A DNA stretch of 64,000 nt from the NCBI GenBank assembly GCA_963793265.1, contig CAWBZI010000006.1, forward strand, positions 64,001 through 128,000. Direction: 5' to 3'. The notes below the pieces were generated by a model. The model had not been told where the DNA came from. It was given only the letters and a program-made list of their open reading frames with translations, and searched no databases. A program made the position numbers and the translations under genes. This stretch comes from an uncultured cyanobacterium (GTDB lineage Bacteria > Cyanobacteriota > Cyanobacteriia > Phormidesmidales > Phormidesmidaceae). Shown here in pieces: positions 43,333-54,903 of this stretch; position 1 is the first letter of the stretch; each line of letters begins with the position of its first letter.

Positions 43333-44670
43333 TTAAGCAGACTCAGGCTCAGGAATTGCAGCCGGATGTACGATTAGCTCAGCGGTTGAACGGTTTTCGA
43401 CCATTTCGCGCGTGAGAACGCAATGCTTTACGTCTTCGCGTGAGGGTAGCTCATACATAATGTCGAGCATAATTTCTTCGATAATGCTGCGGAGGGCACG
43501 GGCTCCAGTTTTGCGATTGAAGGCTTCTTTCGCGATCGCCCTGATCGCCTCCGGCTGAAACTCCAGCTCCACATTATCCATCCGCATCAGCTTCTTAAAC
43601 TGCTTTACCAAAGCATTCTTCGGCTCCGTCAAAATAGAAACCAGCGTCTTCTCATCTAGCGGCTCCACAATCGAAATCGCCGGAATTCGCCCGATAAACT
43701 CAGGAATCATCCCAAACTTAACAATGTCATCAGCCACCAAATGCTTCAGCGTTTGAGTAGACTGCTTCTCAGTATCAGCCTCCTTACCCGGCTGCACAAA
43801 GCCCATCGACTTTTTGCCAATGCGCTGCTCCACAATCTTGTCGAGCCCCACAAAAGCACCGCCGCATACAAACAAAATATTGCTCGTATCAATCTGAATA
43901 CAGTCTTGATAAGGATGCTTGCGCCCCCCTTGAGGCGGCACATTCGCAACCGTACCTTCTAGCATCTTCAAAAGCGCCTGCTGAACGCCCTCACCCGACA
44001 CATCACGAGTAATCGAAGGGTTCTCACTCTTACGCGCAATCTTGTCTATCTCATCAATATAAATAATGCCGCGCTGAGCCTCATCCACATCCAAATCAGC
44101 TACCTGAAGCAACCTCAATAGAATGTTTTCGACATCCTCACCGACATAGCCCGCCTCAGTCAGCGTCGTCGCATCAGCCACCGCAAACGGCACTTCCAAA
44201 ATTGCCGCCAGCGTCTGTGCTAAAAGCGTCTTACCACAGCCGGTCGGGCCAATCAGCAGGATATTAGACTTCTGAAGTTCAATATCTTCCTCGTCGCCCT
44301 CACCCGCTTCAGCATTCACAAAGCTCAGACGCTTGTAGTGGTTATACACCGCTACCGAAAGCACCTTCTTGGCCTCATCTTGACCAATCACGTGCTCATC
44401 CAAATAAGCCTTAATCTCGCGCGGCTTCGGAATCTGGTTTAGTGAAATTTGAGATGGAGACTTACGCCGCCTTTCAGGAGCTTGCTCACGGCGAGGGGCA
44501 GGGGCCGCGACAGACGAATTAGAGTCAAACAACTCCTCATCCAAAATTTCATTACAAAGGTCAACGCATTCATCACATACGTAAACCCCCGGCCCCGCAA
44601 TTAGCTTGCGCACCTGCTCCTGCGACTTACCGCAAAAAGAACACTTCAAATGGGAGTCGTACTTAGACAT
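43333..44670 (-). CDS. clpX: ATP-dependent Clp protease ATP-binding subunit ClpX
   Basis: CSFCGKSQ zinc finger, [20 protein letters not shown]. Confidence 0.97.
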   Translation of the reverse strand: MSKYDSHLKCSFCGKSQEQVRKLIAGPGVYVCDECVDLCNEILDEELFDSNSSVAAPAPRREQAPERRRKSPSQISLNQIPKPREIKAYLDEHVIGQDEAKKVLSVAVYNHYKRLSFVNAEAGEGDEEDIELQKSNILLIGPTGCGKTLLAQTLAAILEVPFAVADATTLTEAGYVGEDVENILLRLLQVADLDVDEAQRGIIYIDEIDKIARKSENPSITRDVSGEGVQQALLKMLEGTVANVPPQGGRKHPYQDCIQIDTSNILFVCGGAFVGLDKIVEQRIGKKSMGFVQPGKEADTEKQSTQTLKHLVADDIVKFGMIPEFIGRIPAISIVEPLDEKTLVSILTEPKNALVKQFKKLMRMDNVELEFQPEAIRAIAKEAFNRKTGARALRSIIEEIMLDIMYELPSREDVKHCVLTREMVENRSTAELIVHPAAIPEPESA

Positions 44671-44675
44671 AACCG

Positions 44676-45395
44676 TTACCCTACCGCAGTCAGCTTAGTA
44701 TCAGAGAGCATTTGTTTGGTAACCACCTGATCGATCAGGCCATACGCCTTCGCTTCTTCCGCAGACATAAAGAAGTCACGCTCAGTATCTTCCTCAATCC
44801 GCTCTAAATCCTGACCCGTATGTCCGGCCAGCATCTCATTCAAACGCTTCTTCAAATACAGAATCTCGCGAGCCTGAATTTCAATATCTGCTGACTGACC
44901 TTGAGCGCCGCCCGACGGCTGGTGAATCATGATTCTTGAGCTAGGTAAAGACATGCGCTTGCCTTGAGCCCCGCCCGCTAGCAAAAACGCGCCCATACTC
45001 GCAGCCAGACCGAAGCAAATGGTCACCACGTCAGGGCGAATTTGCTGCATCGTATCGTAAATGGCCATGCCAGCCGTGACCGAGCCACCGGGAGAGTTGA
45101 TGTATAGCTGCACGTCCTTTTCAGGATCTTCTGCATCTAGGAAGAGAAGTTGAGCCACGATGGAATCAGCGACATCATCCATTACGGGCGTACCCAGGAA
45201 AATAATCCGCTCGCGCAGGAGTCGAGAATAGATATCAAAGGCTCTCTCACCCCGTCCTGACTGCTCGACCACCATGGGCACAACGCCCTGAGGGTATTGA
45301 AGAGGGGATTGAAGAGGAGATTGAGAGGCGAGGCTTAGATTTGGAAAGCCAAACCGAGCGCCATGAGTGCCTGCTGTGAAGCTTGATGTATCCAT
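44676..45395 (-). CDS. clpP: ATP-dependent Clp protease proteolytic subunit
   Basis: [31 protein letters not shown]. Confidence 0.95.
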   Translation of the reverse strand: MDTSSFTAGTHGARFGFPNLSLASQSPLQSPLQYPQGVVPMVVEQSGRGERAFDIYSRLLRERIIFLGTPVMDDVADSIVAQLLFLDAEDPEKDVQLYINSPGGSVTAGMAIYDTMQQIRPDVVTICFGLAASMGAFLLAGGAQGKRMSLPSSRIMIHQPSGGAQGQSADIEIQAREILYLKKRLNEMLAGHTGQDLERIEEDTERDFFMSAEEAKAYGLIDQVVTKQMLSDTKLTAVG

Positions 45396-45516
45396 AAAAC
45401 TGAAGCGACTGCCTATATACGTGCTTAATGTACCGCATCTCTCACCCTACACAAGCGTGAAGATGCGATACCACTGTAGCGAATCAACCTATTTTCGACA
45501 TATTCGGTTATTAGCC

Positions 45517-46938
45517 CTATGCCTCTTCTTCAACAACCGAAGCTTCTACCACTTCAGCCTCAACGGTCTGAGCCTCACCGTCATCGGCTTCCTCCACCTC
45601 GGGCTCTTCAGGCGTCAACGTTCCTTCAGGAACCATCTCAACCGTAGAGTTTTCCTTGAGCCAGGCTAGGATTTTCTCTTTGAGCAAGTCTTCAGTCACC
45701 ACCTGAGTCAGCCGCTCTGGATCAACTTGGGTAGGATCTTCTACCTCAGCCATCATCTCTTCAGAACGCGCCTTAATCTCAGCGTCTTCGACCTCAATTT
45801 CTTCTTGCTTAGCAATCTCGCCCAAAGCCAGCGTCCGGCGCAGTCGCTCAATCGCTTCAGGACGCGCATTAGAGCGCATTCCATCTACTAATTCTTTAGT
45901 GAGGAACTTGCCCAAATCAATGCCCTGACGGCTGAGCTGCATCGCCGTTTGGGTCACGATAAAGTCAACTTCTTTCTTGATCAAAGTATCAGGAATTTCA
46001 GCCTCGATATGCTTTACGAGTTCATCGAGCAAAGCCTGCTCAACGTTCGCATCGGTCGCATCGGTCGCTTCTTTTTCGTAACGTTCTTCTAAAGACTTAC
46101 GAAGTTCTGCTAACGTTTCAAACTCGCTGACTTCTTCAGCAAAGTCGTCGTCAATCTCAGGCAGCTCTTTTTCTTTTAGTTCTTTAAGCGAAATAGTGAA
46201 CGTTGCAGGCTTACCCGCTAGTTCAGCTTGAGGATAATCTTCAGGGAACGTTACTTCTACGTCCTTATCTTCTTCGAGCTTCATCCCCACAATGCCTTCT
46301 ACAAAGCCCGGAATAAAGCGACCTTCTTTAATCTCTACCTGAAAATCTTCAGCGCTACCGCCTTCAAATTCTTCTAGCTCGCCCGCTTCATTCTCAGCTT
46401 TGCCGACAAAATCAACGACAGCAACATCGCCATCCTGAGCGGCTCTGTCTTCTACAGGTACTAAAGTTGCCAGATTTTCTAGATAGCCCTCTAGCGTTTC
46501 ATCAACCCGGCTAGCAGTATCGGCTTTTATTTCTTCAGCCTGAACAGAGAGTCCTTTGTATGTGCTAAGCGTGACCCGTGGCGGCACGTCTACAGACGCA
46601 GAAATCGTAATTTCTTTACCGGGCTCAAACTGCCCAATCATCGACTCAAAATCTGAGCGCAGTTGATAGTTACCGAGCGCGTCAATATCTTCTTGCTTAA
46701 CCGCTTGATCGACTACCTTTTGCAGCAAATCTTCTAAAGCCGCTGCTTTTAGTTGCAGTCCACCGATCCGCTGAATCAGGATTTGGCGAGGCACTTTGCC
46801 CTTGCGAAACCCAGGAATATTAGCCGACTTCATATAGTCGCGCAGAACCTTCTCGTAGCTCTGCTTTGTCATCTCTGCCGGAACTTCTATTTCCAATCCG
46901 ACTTGGCTATCGGGCAGATTTTCCTGAGTAACTTTCAT
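45517..46938 (-). CDS. tig: trigger factor
   Basis: IPGFRKGKVP signature and FKBP domain (FIPGF, FPEDY). Confidence 0.95.
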   Translation of the reverse strand: MKVTQENLPDSQVGLEIEVPAEMTKQSYEKVLRDYMKSANIPGFRKGKVPRQILIQRIGGLQLKAAALEDLLQKVVDQAVKQEDIDALGNYQLRSDFESMIGQFEPGKEITISASVDVPPRVTLSTYKGLSVQAEEIKADTASRVDETLEGYLENLATLVPVEDRAAQDGDVAVVDFVGKAENEAGELEEFEGGSAEDFQVEIKEGRFIPGFVEGIVGMKLEEDKDVEVTFPEDYPQAELAGKPATFTISLKELKEKELPEIDDDFAEEVSEFETLAELRKSLEERYEKEATDATDANVEQALLDELVKHIEAEIPDTLIKKEVDFIVTQTAMQLSRQGIDLGKFLTKELVDGMRSNARPEAIERLRRTLALGEIAKQEEIEVEDAEIKARSEEMMAEVEDPTQVDPERLTQVVTEDLLKEKILAWLKENSTVEMVPEGTLTPEEPEVEEADDGEAQTVEAEVVEASVVEEEA

Positions 46939-47182
46939 AGACAAATACTGTTGGACAAATAAATATGCGAGACGTGATAACGCGATCGCTCAGCCCCGAA
47001 CTTTCAAAAATTCGCCCGCAAAACGGCAGCTAGCAGATCAGTTATCTATCGCAGTTAGACATCATACACCGCATTATATTGATTCGCGCGAAACTTCCAT
47101 CCCCCCTTGGATTTCTCTCAATAATATAGAGTGATTGAAATGTATAGTAATTGAAGCTTAGTTATTAACCCGGCGTAAGCAT

Positions 47183-48217
47183 ATGCCCGACTCTTACAAC
47201 GTTGCCATCATGGGCGCTACTGGCGCAGTAGGCACCGAACTGCTTCAGCTCCTCGACGAGCGCAACTTTCCGATCAAAACCCTAAAGCTGCTGGCATCGC
47301 CTCGCTCCGCCGGTAAAGAAATCAGCTTTAAGGGCAAAAATATTACGATTGAAGCGGTGAGTGCACAGGCTTTTAAGGGCATCGATATCGTACTGGCCTC
47401 AGCCGGTGGCTCTACCTCTAAGGAATGGGGCAAGGCGATTGTGGACGCAGGTGCGCTCATGATTGACAATTCCAGCGCGTTTAGGATGGATGAGTCGGTG
47501 CCGCTAGTGGTACCCGAGGTCAACCCTCAAGCTGCTGAAGGTCACAACGGGATTATTGCGAACCCAAACTGCACCACGATTTTGATGAGCGTGGCGCTGT
47601 GGCCTTTGCAGCAGATTCAGCCGATTCAAAGGATTGTGGTAGCCACTTATCAGTCTGCGAGTGGGGCGGGGGCAAGGGCTATGGAAGAAGTGAAGCAGCA
47701 GGCTCAGGCTATTTTGAATGGGGAAAAGCCGCCTACAGAGAGCTTTCCGTATCCCCTGGCTTTTAATTTGTTTCCGCACAATACGCCGCTTAATGAGCAG
47801 GGCTATTGCGAAGAAGAAATGAAAATGGTCAATGAAACGCGCAAGATTTTTGGCATCTCTGACTTAAGAATTTCGGCTACCTGCATTCGGGTGCCTGTTT
47901 TAAGAGCCCATTCAGAAGCCGTGAACCTAGAATTCGCTCAGCCCTTTGAGGTCGCTCAGGCAAGAAAGGCTATTGAACAGGCCGATGGCGTTCAGCTCGT
48001 AGAAGATTGGAATGCCAACTATTTTCCAATGCCGATAGATGCCAGTGGCGAAGATGATGTGCTGGTAGGCCGGATTCGTCAGGATTTATCGCATCCTGCG
48101 GGATTAGAGCTGTGGCTATGTGGCGATCAGATTCGTAAGGGTGCGGCATTAAATGCGGTGCAGATTGCGGAGCTGGTGGTGGCTAAACGTTGGCTCAAAG
48201 TAGCTGCAATGGCATAG
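47183..48217 (+). CDS. asd: aspartate-semialdehyde dehydrogenase
   Basis: GATGAVG, IDNSSAFRM, IANPNCTT, DQIRKGAALNAVQIAE. Confidence 0.95.
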   Translation: MPDSYNVAIMGATGAVGTELLQLLDERNFPIKTLKLLASPRSAGKEISFKGKNITIEAVSAQAFKGIDIVLASAGGSTSKEWGKAIVDAGALMIDNSSAFRMDESVPLVVPEVNPQAAEGHNGIIANPNCTTILMSVALWPLQQIQPIQRIVVATYQSASGAGARAMEEVKQQAQAILNGEKPPTESFPYPLAFNLFPHNTPLNEQGYCEEEMKMVNETRKIFGISDLRISATCIRVPVLRAHSEAVNLEFAQPFEVAQARKAIEQADGVQLVEDWNANYFPMPIDASGEDDVLVGRIRQDLSHPAGLELWLCGDQIRKGAALNAVQIAELVVAKRWLKVAAMA

Positions 48218-48250
48218 AAGTAAGCGTTCACGTAACAGCAGGATGAAGAG

Positions 48251-49168
48251 ATGACTAGCGCTGACAGCTCGAATGCTGCGCCCAGGTTTGGCCGAGTGCT
48301 CACCGCAATGGCAACGCCGTTTTTGCCTTCTGGGGAGGTTAACTATCCCATAGCCGAAAAGCTGGCAAGCCACCTGGCAGACCATGGCACAGATACCGTT
48401 GTGGTGTGTGGCACAACAGGCGAGTCGCCGTCTCTGACTTGGGATGAAGAATATGCTCTGTTTAAGGCTGTAAAGCAGGCGGTGGGCGGTAGAGCGCAGA
48501 TATTGGCGGGTACGGGTTCTAATAGCACCACTGAAGCGATTGAGGCGACTCGGAAGGCTGAGAAGCTTGGGCTAGAGGGATCTTTGCAGGTAGTGCCTTA
48601 CTACAATAAGCCACCTCAAGCGGGGTTAGTGGGTCACTTTGAGGCGATCGCACAGTCCGTCCCCGACTTACCGATCATGCTCTACAATGTTCCTGGGCGC
48701 ACTAGCTGCAACCTTCTTCCTGAAACAGTTGCCAAATTATCAAGTATTCCTAATATCGTTGCCATCAAAGAAGCAAGTGGGAATCTTGATCAGGTCAGCG
48801 CGATCAGCAGATTATGTCCATCTGAGTTTGAGATTTACTCAGGAGACGACTCTTTAACGCTGCCCATGCTCTCCGTAGGCGCAGTGGGCGTTGTTAGCGT
48901 CAGCAGTCATTTAGTCGGTGATAAGCTTCAAAAAATGGTTCGTGCTTTTGAAGCAGGCCAGGTCAAAGAAGCCAGAGATTTGCATCTTCAGCTATTGCCT
49001 TTGTTTAAAGTTTTGTTCTCGTTTACGAGCCCGATTCCTCTAAAAATGGCGTTAGAGCTTCAGGGTTGGGCAGTTGGCAAATGCCGCCTACCGCTCTGTA
49101 AAGGGTCAAATGAACTTAGGCAAGTGCTTAAAACCACACTCTTAGAACTGGATCTACCAGTGGCATAG
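48251..49168 (+). CDS. dapA: 4-hydroxy-tetrahydrodipicolinate synthase
   Basis: [32 protein letters not shown]. Confidence 0.95.
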   Translation: MTSADSSNAAPRFGRVLTAMATPFLPSGEVNYPIAEKLASHLADHGTDTVVVCGTTGESPSLTWDEEYALFKAVKQAVGGRAQILAGTGSNSTTEAIEATRKAEKLGLEGSLQVVPYYNKPPQAGLVGHFEAIAQSVPDLPIMLYNVPGRTSCNLLPETVAKLSSIPNIVAIKEASGNLDQVSAISRLCPSEFEIYSGDDSLTLPMLSVGAVGVVSVSSHLVGDKLQKMVRAFEAGQVKEARDLHLQLLPLFKVLFSFTSPIPLKMALELQGWAVGKCRLPLCKGSNELRQVLKTTLLELDLPVA

Positions 49169-49816
49169 CTAGTACAAAAAGTGTAAGACTAATGCAGGAA
49201 TAAGGATAAGCTAGGAATAATTGCTTATTCGTATAGCATTGAGTTAGTGCTCAAGAACGCCTCGTAAATAGCCAGAGGCTTCAGCATCAATTAAGCCGAC
49301 AGGTAATACAAAGGAACAAGCGGCCTTGAGGAACGAAAGGCCAATGCGCTCTCAAAAGTGCAAAGGAAAAGAAAGTGACGGAAAAAGTCGAAACTTTAGC
49401 TTGAGCTTTACCGAAGAACTAATTACGAAGCTCTCGAAGCCCTTAAACCGTCAGGGCAAACCAGTATTTATCAGCGCTAGCTATAGAAGCGCTGCACAGA
49501 TCTATCTATCACGTCCGTTTTCAGTCGTTCAGCACCAGGTAAATTTCAATTGATTGCATTCAAAAAAAATAAATACACCAGCCCAAAGAAAAGGGTTGAT
49601 GCCACCAGTTGCCCGCAGGTCAGCAGCACAATGTCCAATATTCTTTGCTACGGGGCATTCGCTGTCGCCCTGTAGCCATGCCATCTAACAATCGATTGGC
49701 AAGCCAGCTAATTCTGGGCGTCCTCGTATCAGGCGACTTCTACACAGGCCAGGTATTGCCATCCAATTTTTCATTTCAAATCTTTCAACATTTCAACTCG
49801 TATAAAAGGAAACTAC

Positions 49817-51814
49817 ATGAGTAGACTCACAGATAGCAGCTCAAAAGAAAGTGCTCAAGACGTACAGAGCGCGCCAAAGCCTAGCCCTAAGACCAGCAAA
49901 AGAACTGGCCCGACTAGAACCAGAACCACCGCCCGCAGCAGTGCTGCTAAAACCAGCTCAAACAACGGCAACGGCGCTAGCCCAAAGAGTAGCCCAAGCA
50001 GCAAAAACGGTCGATCTAGCAACGAAAAAGTGCTCAAGATCATTCCGTTAGGTGGCCTGCATGAAATTGGTAAGAACACCTGCGTCTTTGAATATGATGA
50101 TGAAATTGTCTTATTAGATGCTGGCCTGTCTTTCCCGACTGAAGGAATGCACGGCGTTAATATCGTGCTGCCTGATATTACCTATCTCAAAGAGAATCAG
50201 CACAAGATTAAAGGCATGATCGTCACCCATGGTCATGAAGACCATATTGGCGGTATTGCTTTTCACCTGAAGCAGTTTGATATTCCTGTCATTCACGGCC
50301 CGCGTTTGGCGATGGCGCTGCTGCAAGGCAAGTTAGAAGAAGCTGGAGTGAGCGATCGCACCAAACTCCACACCGTTGGCCCTCGTGACATCGTTCAGTT
50401 CGGCAAGCACTTCAAAGCGCAATACATCCGCAACACGCACTCCATGGCCGACAGCTTCACCATGGCGATAGAAACGCCCGTGGGCACCATCATCCACAGC
50501 GGTGACTTCAAAGTTGACCACACTCCGGTAGACGGCGAATTCTTCGACTTTCAAAAAATTGCAGAGTACGGCGAAAAAGGCGTTCTGTGCCTGATCAGCG
50601 ACTCTACCAACGCAGAGATTCCAGGAAACACACCTTCTGAACGCGCCGTATTCCCCAACCTAGACAGAGAATTTAACGACGCCAAAGGTCGCCTGTTCGT
50701 CACGACATTTGCCTCCTCGGTTCACCGGGTCAGCATGTTGCTAGAGCTAGCCCAAAAGCACAAGCGCGACGTATTCGTCGTAGGCCGTTCAATGCTGAAC
50801 GTTATCTCTCACGCGCGAAACCTGGGCTACATCAACGCGCCCGACAGCCTGTTTAAGCCACTCAACATGCTTAAGCAGTGCCCCGATGAAAAAGCGATGA
50901 TCCTGACGACTGGCTCACAGGGCGAGCCAATGGCAGCGCTCACCCGCATCGCCAACCGATCCCACCGCCAGATTAGAATCCAAAAAGGCGATACGGTTAT
51001 CTTTTCGTCTAACCCAATTCCCGGCAACACCATTGGCGTCGTCAATACCATTGACAAGCTGATGATCCAGGGCGCTCGCGTTATCTATGGCAAGGGCAAA
51101 GGGCTACACGTTTCCGGTCACGGCTACCAGGAAGATCACAAGCTGATGTTGGCGCTTACTCGGCCTAAGTTCTTCATTCCTGTACACGGCGAGCATAGAA
51201 TGCTGGTCAAGCACGCTGAAATGGCGCAGCAGCTTGGCGTAGAAGCAGACAATATTGCCATTGTGAACAACGGTGATGTAATTAAGATTGCGCCTGACAG
51301 CATGGAAGTAGACGGTCAGGTAACCGCAGGTATTGAGCTTGTAGATGCTTCACGCACAGGTATTGTCGAGCGGGCGGTGCTCAAAGAGCGTCAGCAGTTA
51401 GCTGAAGATGGCATCATCACTGTCTCAGCGACCGTTGACAGCAAAGGTCATTTGCTAGGCGATCCCTCTATTAACTTGCGCGGTGTTGTGACTGTCAAAA
51501 CGCAGGAGCAGTGGGAGCGTAGCGCTGTTGCTACGGTGAAAAAGTCGCTGCGTGAGCGGTGGAAAGAAGTGGTTGAGAATGCAGATAGCGATCGCCCCAC
51601 CATTAAATGGGATGGCTTGCAGTCTCGGCTTGAAGAAGACGTGCGTCGATTTGTGCGTCGCGAGCTGCCAAAGCAGTATCCGGTCGCCGTTTTGCTGCTT
51701 CAGCATGTCGATGGTGCGGTAGCTGCTGGCGATGATGGCCAGAATGGAGCGGCGGTTGGAGAGCCTAAGCGTAGCCCCGGTAGACGTAAGCGATCGCTCG
51801 CCTCCGCCTCCTAA
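49817..51814 (+). CDS. rnj: ribonuclease J
   Basis: PLGGLHEIGKN, THGHEDHIG, TGSQGEP, HVSGH and PVHGEHRM; low-complexity N-terminal extension. Confidence 0.95.
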   Translation: MSRLTDSSSKESAQDVQSAPKPSPKTSKRTGPTRTRTTARSSAAKTSSNNGNGASPKSSPSSKNGRSSNEKVLKIIPLGGLHEIGKNTCVFEYDDEIVLLDAGLSFPTEGMHGVNIVLPDITYLKENQHKIKGMIVTHGHEDHIGGIAFHLKQFDIPVIHGPRLAMALLQGKLEEAGVSDRTKLHTVGPRDIVQFGKHFKAQYIRNTHSMADSFTMAIETPVGTIIHSGDFKVDHTPVDGEFFDFQKIAEYGEKGVLCLISDSTNAEIPGNTPSERAVFPNLDREFNDAKGRLFVTTFASSVHRVSMLLELAQKHKRDVFVVGRSMLNVISHARNLGYINAPDSLFKPLNMLKQCPDEKAMILTTGSQGEPMAALTRIANRSHRQIRIQKGDTVIFSSNPIPGNTIGVVNTIDKLMIQGARVIYGKGKGLHVSGHGYQEDHKLMLALTRPKFFIPVHGEHRMLVKHAEMAQQLGVEADNIAIVNNGDVIKIAPDSMEVDGQVTAGIELVDASRTGIVERAVLKERQQLAEDGIITVSATVDSKGHLLGDPSINLRGVVTVKTQEQWERSAVATVKKSLRERWKEVVENADSDRPTIKWDGLQSRLEEDVRRFVRRELPKQYPVAVLLLQHVDGAVAAGDDGQNGAAVGEPKRSPGRRKRSLASAS

Positions 51815-51880
51815 ACCATCAGATACAGTCATCAGCTATAAACTTTTAGCCATCTTCTGAAGCTACAAAGTCAAAAGCTA

Positions 51881-51922
51881 CAAAACCCCTAGTGCCCTTG
51901 ATTTAAGGCGCTGGGGGTTTTG
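51881..51922 (+). terminator. terminator after rnj
   Basis: CAAAACCCCTAGTGCC...GGCGCTGGGGGTTTTG hairpin. Confidence 0.7.
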
Positions 51923-52004
51923 TGTATCGAGAGAATATAAACCACTTGAAATTAGTCAAATTAAAATTTTGTATAGCCAAATAGTATAAAAGCGCTTCTG
52001 GGGC

Positions 52005-52551
52005 TATAATACAGCCACGGAAGCTACCGCAAAGAGCTAAATAGGCCAGAGCCGAACAGGCTTCGTCTAAATTGCCCTGATGACTAACTGCCCTCAGAGA
52101 AGAGGGGTTAGCTAGCGGTTAATCCCTGAGTTTATATGACGCGCTTTTGTTAAGGTTCGGTTGCTACGCCCAACCTGCTAAAGCTGCGATCAAGGCTTGA
52201 AGAAAGCTAAAGAAAGTAAGAGATAACGCTTTACAGCAGGCATTGCTTTGCTGTTCCAGGCAAAAGGGTTAGACAACTGCCTTTTGTTTGTACCTCGACC
52301 TTTTACATTGGCTTTAATGTTTAGATCGGTTTTTTAGCAAACTATCTCGATCAAACAATTCTCCTAAAGACTCAGCGCTTTCTCATTCGTTGATTTTTGT
52401 TTACAGCCCTTGTTTACGGCTTTTGTTCACAGTCTTCAAGATTGACTTTCACGACATTATTTTTTCCAATTTTTTACTACTGACTCAAGAACCCGCCAGC
52501 AAAAAAGCCTTACAAATCGGCATCAACTGGCAGGATTCCGAGGAATATTGA
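52005..52551 (+). promoter_or_regulatory. probable rne promoter (-10 TATAAT) and long 5' UTR
   Basis: TATAAT at 52005-52010 followed by ~540 nt with no annotated ORF and U-rich tracts; long rne leaders are known in cyanobacteria. Confidence 0.55.
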
Positions 52552-54903
52552 ATGCCAAAGCAGATTGTTATTGCAGAGCAGCATCGAATTGCTGCCGTCT
52601 TTTCAGAAGATCAGATCCAAGAGATTATTGTTGCTAAAGGCAGCCACCAGGTCGGAGACATTTATCTCGGCACGGTAGAAAATATCTTGCCCGGTATTGA
52701 CGCCGCCTTTGTAAACATTGGCGATGGCGACAAAAACGGCTTTATGCACGTCTCTGACCTGGGGCCGCTAAAGTTAAAACGCATGGCCGGGCCAATTACT
52801 GAACTGCTCGCACCCCGGCAAAAGGTGCTCGTTCAGATTATGAAAGAGCCCACCGGGAACAAAGGGCCACGGCTGACAGGTAAAGTGACGCTGCCGGGCC
52901 GCTATCTGGTGCTGATGCCCTATGGCAAAGGCGTTAACCTATCGCGCCGCATTCGCAATGAAACAGAGCGCAACCGGCTCAGAGCCCTCGGCATTTTGGT
53001 AAAGCCGTCTGGGACGGGGCTTTTGATCAGAACAGAAGCCGAAGGCGTCTCAGAAGAAGCCATCATTGAAGACCTTGAAACGCTACAAAAGCGCTGGGAA
53101 AGCATTCAGCAAGAGGCATTAGCTACGCGCCCACCGTCGCTACTCAACCGCGACGATGACTTTATTCAGCGGGTGTTGCGCGACGTATACAGTGACGACG
53201 TTAACCGCATCGTCACCGATACCGAGGGCGGATTTGAGCGCACAAAGCAGCACCTTTCAAGCTGGAGTGACGGTCGTATTCCGCCCGGTATTTTAATCGA
53301 CTACCACCGCGAACCGACTCACATTCTGGAGTATTTTCGCGTTAACGCGGCAATTCGTGAAGCGCTCAAGCCTAGAGTAGATCTGCCTTCAGGCGGCTAT
53401 ATCATCATTGAGACGACTGAAGCGCTAACGGTGATTGACGTAAACTCCGGTTCGTTTACGCGGTCGGCAACCGCGCGTGAAACGGTGCTGTGGACAAACT
53501 GCGAGGCTGCTATTGAGATTGCTCGGCAGCTAAAGCTGCGCAACATTGCAGGCGTAATCGTGGTCGATTTTATCGACATGGACGGTCGCCGCGACCAGAT
53601 GCAGGTGCTAGAGCAGTTTGGCAATTCGCTCAGACCGGATAAGTCCAGACCCCAGATTTCTCAGCTCTCTGAGCTAGGACTGGTAGAACTCACCCGCAAA
53701 CGCCAGGGACAAAACATTTATGAGCTGTTTGGTCAAACCTGCCCGACTTGTGGCGGCTTAGGTCATTTAGCGCATCTTCCTGGCAGCGAACCTGAGCAAA
53801 CAGAGTCACTGTCAGTTGTATCTTCTCGGCCCCAGAGCTACAGCTCGCCAGCACAGAGCTATTCGAGCCGTCCATCGGCAAAGGATTCGAGCCGAGAAGA
53901 TCGCGCCAGCAGCTTAGATCCACAGTCGGAGCTGCAAGAGTTAGATTTGCTCAATCATCCTAACTATCAAGACAAAAACGGTCGTGGCGGAAATCGTCGG
54001 CGTCGGCGTCGGGGTTCAGAAAGTCCACCTTCGCGCTCGGGACGCTCTGCCCCAGCAAGTCCAGTGCCAGCAGCGGCGAAAGAGCCCGTTAACGAGACGG
54101 TAGAGGAACGCAGCCCTCGCCAGGGACGCGGCAGATCTGAGAGAGCAGAAAGAAACGACAGCAGGGCTGATAGGTCTGACCCTAGAGGACATAATAGACT
54201 CGATGAGCAGGCAGAGGCGGCTGATAATCAGTCGGATAAGCGGACGAGCAACGCTGAGCCTGGATCGAAGGGTAAGCGCACCCGCAACGGACGGCGAAAG
54301 CAAGAAGAGCCACCCGAAATTGTTGCCGTCGAGATGCCGCTAGAGGAGCAGCGCATCTACGCCATGATGGGCATTTCGCCGCTGGTCTATAGCGAGCAGA
54401 CGGTTGAGAATTCTCAGAATATTGCGGTTTCGGTGGTGTTGCCAGGTGAGGCTGAAGCCTTTATGGCAGAGGCTAAAGCCAAAGCGGCTGATGAGGTGTC
54501 TAATAAGCGAGTGATACCAACGCCGGTTCATGCTGAACCTAAGCTAGATGACGATCAGGACGAGGCTGAAGAAGAGCCAGAAATGCCTGAGGTAGATGAG
54601 CAGTCGGTTGCTCAATCTGAGAGCGATCAGCCAGAGAACAAGCCTTCTACGCCCATTCGGAAGAGAAGGCGCTCAAGTGGTTCTCGAACCTCTGCGAAGG
54701 TCAAGCTTGCTGATGATGTGGAGAATGACGTAAAAGAGCCGCCTGCTGTCGCTGAGAAGTCTTCTTTTGATGGGCCGATACTGAATAAAGCATCGAACTC
54801 ATCAGAAAGCGCGGCTTCAGAGGATGCGTCTGAAGGCTCAGGAGCGACTGAAGAGAAGGTTGTCCGCCGTCGCCGTCGCCGTCGATCTTCGGCTAGTGAG
54901 TAG
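52552..54903 (+). CDS. rne: ribonuclease E
   Basis: S1 domain, IDVNSG, DFIDM, CPTCGG zinc link, disordered C-terminal half ending RRRRRRRSSA. Confidence 0.95.
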   Translation: MPKQIVIAEQHRIAAVFSEDQIQEIIVAKGSHQVGDIYLGTVENILPGIDAAFVNIGDGDKNGFMHVSDLGPLKLKRMAGPITELLAPRQKVLVQIMKEPTGNKGPRLTGKVTLPGRYLVLMPYGKGVNLSRRIRNETERNRLRALGILVKPSGTGLLIRTEAEGVSEEAIIEDLETLQKRWESIQQEALATRPPSLLNRDDDFIQRVLRDVYSDDVNRIVTDTEGGFERTKQHLSSWSDGRIPPGILIDYHREPTHILEYFRVNAAIREALKPRVDLPSGGYIIIETTEALTVIDVNSGSFTRSATARETVLWTNCEAAIEIARQLKLRNIAGVIVVDFIDMDGRRDQMQVLEQFGNSLRPDKSRPQISQLSELGLVELTRKRQGQNIYELFGQTCPTCGGLGHLAHLPGSEPEQTESLSVVSSRPQSYSSPAQSYSSRPSAKDSSREDRASSLDPQSELQELDLLNHPNYQDKNGRGGNRRRRRRGSESPPSRSGRSAPASPVPAAAKEPVNETVEERSPRQGRGRSERAERNDSRADRSDPRGHNRLDEQAEAADNQSDKRTSNAEPGSKGKRTRNGRRKQEEPPEIVAVEMPLEEQRIYAMMGISPLVYSEQTVENSQNIAVSVVLPGEAEAFMAEAKAKAADEVSNKRVIPTPVHAEPKLDDDQDEAEEEPEMPEVDEQSVAQSESDQPENKPSTPIRKRRRSSGSRTSAKVKLADDVENDVKEPPAVAEKSSFDGPILNKASNSSESAASEDASEGSGATEEKVVRRRRRRRSSASE

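Noticed and set aside
45296..45330. Short 12-bp tandem repeat in the clpP 5' region (SPLQSPLQ)
   Set aside because: Only 2-3 imperfect in-frame units in a variable N-terminal extension, with no sign of function.
49326..49824. 75-aa and 71-aa ORFs upstream of rnj
   Set aside because: Both have TTG starts, no clear RBS and no recognisable motifs, so the region is treated as non-coding.
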